Shown here one piece after another: positions 53,307 through 64,000 of a DNA stretch of 64,000 nt; position 1 is the stretch's first letter; each line of letters begins with the position of its first letter. Under the pieces are notes generated by a model. It ran no database searches. It was not told the DNA's origin and saw only the letters and a program-made list of their open reading frames with translations. Source of the stretch: Octopus sinensis (taxonomy: Eukaryota); assembly GCF_006345805.1 (NCBI RefSeq), contig NC_043009.1, forward strand, positions 14,942,001-15,006,000. The letters run 5' to 3'. The translations under genes and the position numbers were made by a program.

Positions 53307-54423
53307 ATATATATATACATAGATACATACATAGATACTTTCTTATTGCAGAAAAATGTTACTGCGGTTCAAAGTTTAGTCATTTTCACCCAATCAGAAA
53401 AAATGATTTAGAAGCTAGCATTTTCGGCATGATAGTTGTCTATAACAAAATGAGGAATTTTTTTAAACAAACGAAAGCAGAGCATTCCGACAATCAAAGT
53501 TTTTGTGGATTTCTGTAGATTTAACCACATTTTGGTTTGCTTTTAAACTAAAATTCAATATTGAGAGTAACAAAACTGAAATTATTATTTCTTTGGGTAA
53601 ATTGACATGGTTTTTCCTTTCAGATATTATTATTGGATTTTCAGAGTAGCAGGATTCAGAATTTTTTCAGGCAAAGTGACAATTGCAGGCCTTATTCTTA
53701 TTTTGCATGAATTTCGACTAACTTTCCACTAACAAGGGCAGGTGGTTTCCCTTGCGTTACGGTGGATGCATTTTTGCCTTTTTAAGTGGATTATATTTAT
53801 AAAAATTTAAGTTTTAAATTGGCTTATCAATATTGGATTATAATATGGAAATTTAGCATGTATATGAAAACTTCGTTTAAAAACAATTTATACCTCAAAA
53901 TTTAATGATACAATATTGTTCTCGTTTCCTTCTCTGAATGGGCAGACCTGAAGGTTTCTTGTCATGCTGTTCAGGCAAGGCAAAAGGGCAGGTGGCTCCT
54001 CGTTCCTTGCGGTGAATTCATATGTTACTTTTGTATTTTTAAAATTAGCCGATGCAACGAAACCGTGTCCAGATAACTTTTTCTTATTTTTAGAATTTAA
54101 GAAATAAATATGTGAAAATTTAAAAAAGATACAATATAGAATTCTTATTTTAATTTAATAATCAACAATGAACAATAATTCAAATATTTTAAACAACAGA
54201 ATATTTATTACGCTTAATGTATTGCCTGAAAAAGTGGATTACAATGAAAAATGCCTAAAAAGTACTTGAAATTAAAATTAGGTTGTACTTAAAATATTGC
54301 AGCCGTGAATAACATCTCAAAAATTAAAATACATCATATTAAATAAATTTGAATTAATTTATTTTCCCTATTATTACTGGTTTTCCTAATGTTTGAATGA
54401 GAAATTTCAAATGAATTACACAA

Positions 54424-54461
<38 letters not shown>

Positions 54462-55328
54462 CATCATCAAAAATAAATTTATACAAACATTTTTTTTTAA
54501 ATCATGTCTTTTGAAATATATAATTAAAATAGTCATTTTATTTAGTTGTATGAAATACAAACAATAAAATATGAAGTTGTAAATAATATTGCACAAGGTT
54601 TTTTTTTCACTTGAATTGAAATCCCATTAAAAAAAACATTGATTGGAGCGGAATGGTCATTAAATGGTTCAAATCATCCATATGCTCAGTCAATTTTTCC
54701 ACATTAAAAAATAATAATCTGAAATATAAATCATAAGGAAAATTTATTTGTAACCATTACTAAAATATAATTAGCCTAATTGGTCTTATGCTAATTCATT
54801 ACTCCACCTAAGTTGTCACTTTCAATTTTCTCCTAGGGATGATTAATTAGGCGCAGTCTACATGTTTTTTTTAATTAAGATTTTAATTTCATTTTTAAAA
54901 TACTGCTTTTCCCCAAGCTCATGGACTTAAATACAGATTTTTAAAAAAGGCATAGATAAATTTTTTTAAATAATAAAAATTACTGGGGATATACATGAAA
55001 AGAGTTTCTAAATATAAGCCCATAAACTCAAAATTCGATGCGCTTATTTTTGAAAAAATTCAGTAAGGATTTTTAAAATTTTGTTTTAAAAAATACAGTA
55101 ATTTTTTTTAATGTTATTATCGGCTGCAATATTTTAAGTACAGTGGAATTTTAATTTCAAGTACTTTTTAGTTTCCTTTAGAGGTGACAAATTAAGCCAA
55201 TTCTTCATTGTAATATATATATATATTACAATGAAAAATCCAGACACATGCATGTTCGTAGGTTATTACACCTGGAAAAGTACAGAACAAGATTTCTACA
55301 GTTGAATTGGCCTAATGGCCTAATTCGT

Positions 55329-55421
<93 letters not shown>

Positions 55422-55934
55422 TATATATTATATATATATATTATATTACGTTATTTTTCGGGCATCGAACGACAATATGATCTTCGAAGGCAGTTGCTTC
55501 CGCAAGAACCAAAATAAAATTTGGGATTTACAGAGGTCAAAGTTGGTAACAGAGACATAACAGTGGAGACATACAAGGAAACCGAACGAAATAAACCATG
55601 GAGGATCGTTAGTTAAAATAGCGAACGCTGGAGAAATATTTTCTTTGACAAGAGAACAGATAGAAGTGAAATACAGCATATGTGTAGAATGTACGACAAT
55701 CCAAAAGCAAAAGAAAGATTAACACATGAGGAATAGAAAGATGATGGTGGTGGTCACGTGTGACAAACGAGAGAGAGATAGAGAGAGTAAATGAGAAAGA
55801 GGGAGAGAGAGAAAGCGATGAAGGGGAGAAAACAGGAATTAGAGAAAGGATAAAAGAGAAAATGATAGGGTAGAGAACAGTATAGGGTAGAGTCGCCTCA
55901 AGAATATTACGATAGGCATACTTGGAAATGGATG

Positions 55935-55968
<34 letters not shown>

Positions 55969-56156
55969 ATTATATAAAAGGGCTTAGTAAAATAAATTAC
56001 TTTGCCGCATACTGAACTCATTAGAAATAGTAGCTAAAAAAACTTTTTTAAAACTATTTCTAATACTTAAAGAAAACCTCTCTCATAAAGTGTTTGCTCA
56101 ATTCAACTCACGAAAGTATGGGGGTAAAGACATTAAAATCAAATGCAAGGTTATTT

Positions 56157-56207
56157 GAGAACGTACGTTTCAAGATTAGTCAACTCGACATTTCTATCAT
56201 CAGCTCA
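56157..56207 (-). ncRNA. Hammerhead motif in the left, inverted satellite unit
   Basis: Reverse complement of the motif at 57846-57897; core intact. Confidence 0.6.
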
Positions 56208-57845
56208 GAACTCCTTGGTTTGGATTTGAAAACACTGAAAGTGGGAGCATACCCTTTCGGCTTCTTATCGCTTCTGAAGATCTGCTCGAAACTAACAGTG
56301 CCAGCAACTCAAATATGCAAGCGAAGAATTCTGCTCTCCCCTTTCCACCAGCGTGGGTTAAAATCAGTAAACACTATGCTTTTTCGGTAAAATCCGAGGC
56401 ATTAAATAGAGAGAGATGAATTATAATTTCAACAATTGAGGGTAAAATTAATTAATTATTAATCAATTTCACCAAGTATTCAGTATGCAAAGGGACCATT
56501 TAAGGCGAATTCAAATTATTACATTATATAAAAGTGCTTAGTAAAATAATTACTTTGCCGCATACTGAACTCATTAGAAATAGTAGCTAAAAAACTTTTT
56601 TAAAACTATTTCTAATACTTAAAGAAAACCTCTCTCATATAGTGTTTGCTCAATTCAACTCACGAAAGTATGGGGGTAAAGACATTAAAATCAAATGCAA
56701 AGGTTATTTGAGAACGTACGTTTCAAGATTAGTCAACTCGACAATTCTATCATCGACTCAGAACTCCTTGGTTTGGATTTGAAAACACTGAAAGTGGGAG
56801 CATACCCTTTCGGCTTCTTATCGCTTCTGAAGATCTGCTCGAAACTAACAGTGCCAGCAAACTCAAATATGCAAGCGAAGAATTTCTGCTCTCCCCTTTC
56901 CACCAGCGTGGGTTAAAATCAGTAAACACTATGCTTTTTCGGTAATATCCGAGGCATTAAATAGAGAGGGATGAATTATAATTTCAACAATTGAGGGTAA
57001 AATTAACATACTGAATACTTGGTGAAATTGATTAATAATTAATTAATTTTACCCTCAATTGTTGAAATTATAATTCATCTCTCTCTATTTAATGCCTCGG
57101 ATTTTACCGAAAAAGCATAGTGTTTACTGATTTTAACCCACGGTGGTGGAAAGGGGAGAGCAGAAATTCTTCGCTTGCATATTTGAGTTTGCTGGCACTG
57201 TTAGTTTCGAGCAGATCCTCAGAAGCGATAAGAAGCCGAAAGGGTATGCTCCCACTTTCAGTGTTTTCAAATCCAAACCAAGGAATTCTGAGCTGTTGAT
57301 AGAAATGTCGAGTTGACTAATCTTGAAACGTACGTTCTCAAATAACCTTTGCATTTTATATTAATGTCTTTACCCCCATACTTTCGTGAGTTGAATTGAG
57401 CAAACACTATATGAGAGAGGTTTTCTTTAAGTATTAGAAATAGTTTTAAAAAAGTTTTTTTAGCTACTATTTCTAATGAGTTCAGTATGCGGCAAAGTAA
57501 TTTATTTTACTAAGCCATTTTATATAACGTAATAATTTGAATTCGCCTTAAATGGTCCCTTTGCATACTGAATACTTGGTGAAATTGATTAATAATTAAT
57601 TAATTTTACCCTCAATTGTTGAAATTATAATTCATCTCTCTCTATTTAATGCCTCGGATTTTACCGAAAAAGCATAGTGTTTACTGATTTTAACCCACGC
57701 TGGTGGAAAGGGGAGAGCAGAAATTCTTCGCTTGCATATTTGAGTTTGCTGGCACTGTTAGTTTCGAGCAGATCTTCAGAAGCGATAAGAAGCCGAAAGG
57801 GTATGCTCCCACTTTCAGTGTTTTCAAATCCAAACCAAGGAGTTC

Positions 57846-57897
57846 TGAGCTGATGATAGAAATGTCGAGTTGACTAATCTTGAAACGTACGTTCTCA
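57846..57897 (+). ncRNA. Hammerhead motif of the satellite unit (representative; intact cores also at 58406, 60075, 60632, 61192)
   Basis: TGAG-CTGATGA-tAGAaatGTC(gagtt)GACtaaTCTt-GAAA-CGTACG-TT-CTCA. Stem I TGAG/CTCA, palindromic stem III AACGTACGTT, GUU site. The first stem II pair is U-U. Confidence 0.65.
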
Positions 57898-60800
57898 AAT
57901 AACCTTTGCATTTGATTTTAATGTCTTTACCCCCATACTTTCGTGAGTTGAATTGAGCAAACACTATATGAGAGAGGTTTTCTTTAAGTATTAGAAATAG
58001 TTTTAAAAAAGTTTTTTTAGCTACTATTTCTAATGAGTTCAGTATGCGGCAAAGTAATTTATTTTACTAAGCCATTTTATATAATGTAATAATTTGAATT
58101 CGCCTTAAATGGTCCCTTTGCATACTGAATACTTGGTGAAATTGATTAATGATTAATTAATTTTACCCTCAATTGTTGAAATTATAATTCATCTCTCTCT
58201 ATTTAATGCCTCGGATTTTACCGAAAAAGCATAGTGTTTACTGATTTTAACTCACGCTGGTGGAAAGGGGAGAGCAGAAATTCTTCGCTTGCATATTTGA
58301 GTTTGCTGGCACTGTTAGTTTCGAGCAGATCTTCAGAAGCGATAAGAAGCCGAAAGGGTATGCTCCCACTTCAGTGTTTTCAAATCCAAACCAAGGAGTT
58401 CTGAGCTGATGATAGAAATGTCGAGTTGACTAATCTTGAAACGTACGTTCTCAAATAACCTTTGCATTTGATTTTAATGTCTTTACCCCCATACTTTCGT
58501 GAGTTGAATTGAGCAAACACTATATGAGAGAGGTTTTCTTTAAGTATTAGAAATAGTTTTTAAAAAGTTTTTTTAGCTACTATTTCTAATGAGTTCAGTA
58601 TGCGGCAAAGTAATTTATTTTACTAAGCCATTTTATATAATGTAATAATTTGAATTCGCCTTAAATGGTCCCTTTGCATACTGAATACTTGGTGAAATTG
58701 ATTAATAATTAATTAATTTTACCCTCAATTGTTGAAATTATAATTCATCTCTCTCTATTTAATGCCTCGGATTTTACCGAAAAAGCATAGTGTTTACTGA
58801 TTTTAACCCACGCTGGTGGAAAGGGGAGAGCAGAAATTCTTCGCTTGCATATTTGAGTTTGCTGGCACTGTTAGTTTCGAGCAGATCTTCAGAAGCGATT
58901 AGAAGCCGAAAGGGTATGCTCCAACTTTCAGTGTTTTCAAATCCAAACCAAGGAGTTCTGAGCTGATGATAGAAATGTCGAGTTGACTAATCTTGAACGT
59001 ACGTTCTCAAATAACCTTTGCATTTGATTTTAATGTCTTTACCCCCATACTTCGTGAGTTGAATTGAGGCAAACACTATATGAGAGAGGTTTTCTTTAAG
59101 TATTAGAAATAGTTTTAAAAAAGTTTTTTTAGCTACTATTTCTAATGAGTTCAGTATGCGGCAAAGTAATTTATTTTACTAAGCCCTTTTATATAAAGTA
59201 ATAATTTGAATTCGCCTTAAATGGTCCTTTGCATACTGAATACTTGGTGAAATTGATTAATAATTAATTAATTTTACCCTCAATTGTTGAAATTATAATT
59301 CATCTCTCTCTATTTAATGCCTCGGATTTTACCGAAAAAGCATAGTGTTTACTGATTTTAACCCACGGTGGTGGAAAGGGGAGAGCAGAAATTCTTCGCT
59401 TGCATATTTGAGTTTGCTGGCACTGTTAGTTTCGAGCAGATCCTCAGAAGCGATAAGAAGCCGAAAGGGTATGCTCCCACTTTCAGTGTTTTCAAATCCA
59501 AACCAAGGAGTTCTGAGCTGTTGATAGAAATGTCGAGTTGACTAATCTTGAAACGTACGTTCTCAAAAAACCTTTGCATTTGATTTTAATGTCTTTACCC
59601 CCATACTTTCGTGAGTTGAATTGAGCAAACACTATATGAGAGAGGTTTTCTTTAAGTATTAGAAATAGTTTTAAAAAAGTTTTTTTAGCTACTATTTCTA
59701 ATGAGTTCAGTATGCGGCAAAGTAATTTATTTTACTAAGCCATTTTATATAACGTAATAATTTGAATTCGCCTTAAATGGTCCCTTTGCATACTGAATAC
59801 TTGGTGAAATTGATTAATAATTAATTAATTTTACCCTCAATTGTTGAAATTATAATTCATCTCTCTCTATTTAATGCCTCGGATTTTACCGAAAAAGCAT
59901 AGTGTTTACTGATTTTAACCCACGCTGGTGGAAAGGGGAGAGCAGAAATTCTTCGCTTGCATATTTGAGTTTGCTGGCACTGTTAGTTTCGAGCAGATCT
60001 TCAGAAGCGATAAGAAGCCGAAAGGGTATGCTCCCACTTTCAGTGTTTTCAAATCCAAACCAAGGAGTTCTGAGCTGATGATAGAAATGTCGAGTTGACT
60101 AATCTTGAAACGTACGTTCTCAAATAACCTTTGCATTTGATTTTAATGTCTTTACCCCCATACTTTCGTGAGTTGAATTGAGCAAACACTATATGAGAGA
60201 GGTTTTCTTTAAGTATTAGAAATAGTTTTTAAAAAGTTTTTTTAGCTACTATTTCTAATGAGTTCAGTATGCGGCAAATTAATTTATTTTACTAAGCCAT
60301 TTTATATAATGTAATAATTTGAATTCGCCTTAAATGGTCCCTTTGCATACTGAATACTTGGTGAAATTGATTAATAATTAATTAATTTTACCCTCAATTG
60401 TTGAAAATATAATTCATCTCTCACTATTTAATGCCTCGGATTTTACCGAAAAAGCATAGTGTTTACTGATTTTAACCCACGCTGGTGGAAAGGGGAGAGC
60501 AGAAATTCTTCGCTTGCATATTTGAGTTTGCTGGCACTGTTAGTTTTGAGCAGATCTTCAGAAGCGATAAGAAGCCGAAAGGGTATGCTCCCACTTTCAG
60601 TGTTTTCAAATCCAAACCATGGAGTTCTGAGCTGATGATAGAAATGTCGAGTTGACTAATCTTGAAACGTACGTTCTCAAATAACCTTTGCATTTGACTT
60701 TAATGTCTTTACCCCCATACTTTCGTGAGTTGAATTGAGCAAACACTATATGAGAGAGGTTTTCTTTAAGTATTAGAAATAGTTTTAAAAAAGTTTTTTT

Positions 60801-61516
60801 AGCTACTATTTCTAATGAGTTCAGTATGCGGCAAAGTAATTTATTTTACTAAGCCCTTTTATATAATGTAATAATTTGAATTCGCCTTAAATGGTCCTTT
60901 GCATACTGAATACTTGGTGAAATTGATTAATAATTAATTAATTTTACCCTCAATTGTTGAAATTATAATTCATCTCTCTCTATTTAATGCCTCGGATTTT
61001 ACCGAAAAAGCATAGTGTTTACTGATTTTAACCCACGGTGGTGGAAAGGGGAGAGCAGAAATTCTATTCTTCGCTTGCATATTTGAGTTTGCTGGCACTG
61101 TTAGTTTCGAGCAGATCCTCAGAAGCGATAAGAAGCCGAAAGGTATGCTCCCACTTTCAGTGTTTTCAAATCCAAACCAAGGAGTTCTGAGCTGATGATA
61201 GAAATGTCGAGTTGACTAATCTTGAAACGTACGTTCTCAAATAACCTTTGCATTTGATTTTAATGTCTTTACCCCCATACTTTCGTGAGTTGAATTGAGC
61301 AAACACTATATGAGAGAGGTTTTCTTTAGTATTAGAAATAGTTTTAAAAAGTTTTTTTAGCTACTATTTCTAATGAGTTCAGTATGCGGCAAAGTAATTT
61401 ATTTTACTAAGCCCTTTTATATAATGTAATAATTTGAATTCGCCTTAAATGGTCCTTTGCATACTGAATACTTGTTGAAATTGATTAATAATTAATTAAT
61501 TTTACCCTCAATGTTG

Positions 61517-61596
<80 letters not shown>

Positions 61597-62039
61597 TGTG
61601 TGTGTGTGTATGTATATACACTTGTGTAATTCATTTGAATATTCTCATTCAAGCACTAGGAATACCAATGACAGTATGTCGGAACTGTGTTTTCTCCCAC
61701 ACATATTATGCATACTTACCTGGCAATATAAGACAGTAGTTGTGTAAAGGTTTCTTCTATGTAATATTAATTCCATTTAGGTAATGAACTGGCAGAATAG
61801 TTAGCACGACAAGCAAAATGCTTAGCGGCAATTTGTTGATTTTTACGTTCTGGGGCCACCTTAGCTTCTTATTCTTATTAAGTTCTCCTTGAACAGTTAG
61901 GTTAATTTACACTTCCACCCAAAGTTTCCGGCCTTGTTATGAAATTTGAATCCAATATTCTTACATTTTACAAGGTAATATACCTACATTGATATATTAT
62001 GCAAAATAATGTACCTACATTAATGTAGATTCGTTTCGA

Positions 62040-62130
62040 ATTTTGGTATATGGCCAGCAATTTCGCAGAAGGGGTAAGCTGATTACATCGTCCCTGAAAG
62101 GATGAAAGGAAAAGTCAATCCCAGCGGAAT
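62040..62130 (-). mobile_element. Decayed SINE fragment (another at ~61780-61855, plus strand)
   Basis: ggccagcaattt...gattacatcg...gaaaggatgaaaggaaaagtc. Confidence 0.55.
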
Positions 62131-62901
62131 GGCAATCAACTACTTATGTCATCAAGATTTATATTCTATTTTAAAAATAAAACCGATTGCTAAGCTATAT
62201 ATATTTCTTGGTGTTATTTATATATGGCTCTTCAACTTCAAAATGGATAAACAAAAAGTAACGTAAAGAATTCATAAATATTCTCCAACATTAAGCTTTT
62301 ATTACGTAAAACTAATTCCACTTTATTATCTTGCCCACGGATTTAACTTTACACGATACCATTTGAAAAATATTTCCAATTTGTTTGAAGTAATTTTTCC
62401 TGAAGTTTATGAGAATTACAATATATAATTATTCCAAATCTGCATATATTGTGATTTAATTTAACTGCATGCTATTAGAAAGATTCATATTGTTTTATAT
62501 GTATGTTATACAAATGCATCAACTTAAAAGCACCAACGCAGTCGCACCTAATCTCATATATATATATACCTATATACTCACACCAAAACCCATCTACAGC
62601 CACCAACCACCAGCCCCACATACACACACATATGTAACGTTATATTGCATTATATTATATTATATATGCAGGCAGACCAGATACAGAAAATGGATTTCAT
62701 GCACTAGATACTTAATTCAAATCTACTACAATTGTTTCGACTCACTCTGCATATGTACCTCACAGGTCATTATGTATTTATCTTTTGGCATCTTATCACT
62801 ATCTACATATGTCTGGATTTGTTGTTTTGATATCATGTATGCATGTTTTATCTTTTCTTACACACACACATTTATATACATATATATATACATATGATAA
62901 T

Positions 62902-63335
62902 ATAGGGTGAAATTAATTAATTTGGAATAATCATTAATTTCACCAAGTAATGGCTTACGCTCGCTCTGATATCATGAGTTGAGGTGATGTCTTCTAGTGC
63001 CTTCAAATTTAATACAAAATTATTAATGATTTAGATGCAATTATTTATAATTGTAGAGCCCTACGCTGAAGAGGAAAATAGTTGGGTAAGACTTAATTAT
63101 TTAATTTTTATGCTTTCCTATGGCTTAATTTCGAAACGTACGTCCGTAGGTGACTTAATGTAGAATGATTATCGTCATTTCTTTCTCATTTGCCTGCGTT
63201 GTTTGCCTTTTAAATGCTGTGGTTTTACTGGGATCTCCCTTTTAAATAGAAAGAATAGCCATAACTCTTTGACTGCTATTTCTAAATTCGGTGTGTGGTG
63301 AGGCAAATCGTTGCTAAACCCTTAATTACTTAGTA
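62902..63335 (+). mobile_element. Dispersed Penelope-LTR-like element related to the satellite unit
   Basis: Shares the ggtgaaattaat...attaatttcaccaagta hairpin, the ACGTACGT stem III and the ctatttctaa...ggcaaa...ctaa(a/g)ccctt-(TA)n tail with the satellite. Confidence 0.55.
63060..63150 (+). ncRNA. Type I hammerhead ribozyme, canonical core and GUC site, long stem II insert
   Basis: CCTACG-CTGAAGA-G...(~60 nt)...C-GAAA-CGTACG-TC-CGTAGG. Perfect 6 bp stem I; predicted cleavage after 63144. Confidence 0.8.
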
Positions 63336-63362
63336 TATATATATATATGCATATATATATAT

Positions 63363-63496
<134 letters not shown>

Positions 63497-64000
63497 ATAT
63501 ATATTTATGTTCTCTGTCGGTTTCATAGGAATAATAATTTTGGAGAGGGGTTCGTCTTCATCCAGTTTCTTGGGGGTAGTCTTAGAATGTAACAGAATTC
63601 TCATTGATATATCTTAAGACCTGTTCAGCGTTCGTTTCAAAGTTATACAATAAATTATTTTCGTATGAAAATTTGAATTATGCCTTCTGAATTTTCTTGG
63701 ACTTTCACCTTCTTCGTCGTGATATTCAGTCGTGAATTTTATAACATTTAGTTCATGATCCAAATAAATGTTGACTTTCTGTACTTTGTTACGTTGGTTA
63801 CGCATAGTAGCTTTTGCTAAATTCGTGACTTTCCATTTTTTTATAGCATAACCATGCTACAGAAGAACGTTTTGTATCTATATTGACTACATCTCGTTTC
63901 CTTTTAACTCCGCATGCGTACATTTAGCTGTTTTAAGTATTATGAATTATATAAGTCTCTGAGTGTGAGTGTTTCTGAGTTCCTTACGCCTATATCAAAC

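Larger units (their letters stand above)
55967..61522. repeat. ~557 bp satellite array, about 1.9 units in one orientation plus about 8.1 units inverted, bounded by (TA)n
   Basis: Period from ORF repeats at 57133/57690 and 59358/59915/60472; orientation switch at 57006/57007. Confidence 0.97.

Noticed and set aside
53735-54030. Short direct repeat aagggcaggtgg...cggtg(g/a)at
   Set aside because: Short and degenerate; no further structure to support a call.
56094-60693. Repeated 73 aa ORF (MQRLFENVRFKISQLD...) in satellite units
   Set aside because: Antisense to the ribozyme motif, no recognisable domain, broken by indels in several units; most likely incidental.
55967-61522. CRISPR-like array interpretation of the satellite or the SINE trimers
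   Set aside because: Units are homogeneous along their full length with no unique spacers, no cas genes, and the context is eukaryotic.

Overview
AT-rich, repeat-saturated eukaryotic DNA. The SINE families and microsatellite load suggest an octopus/cephalopod genome; this is my inference, not a database result. I find no intact host protein-coding gene, and nearly all ORF-track entries are microsatellite read-throughs or decayed transposon pieces. Contents: several R4/Dong-type RLE non-LTR retrotransposon relics, almost all abutting (TAA)n tracts, including a near full-length copy at ~19.5-22.9 kb; one L1/Tx1 ORF2 relic; three mariner relics; many tRNA-derived SINEs; a near-identical 3.9 kb tandem duplication (34.0-41.9 kb); a possible decayed coding region (15.0-15.6 kb); and a ~557 bp satellite array with an internal inversion (56.0-61.5 kb). 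The most notable signal is a set of minimal type I hammerhead ribozyme (HHR) motifs with palindromic stem III, of the Penelope/retrozyme kind, in at least four sequence families: every unit of the 557 bp satellite, a canonical GUC motif at 63060-63150, both arms of a 650 bp fold-back element, and downstream of a tRNA-like SINE head. All ribozyme calls come from base-pairing by eye and have not been tested for activity.
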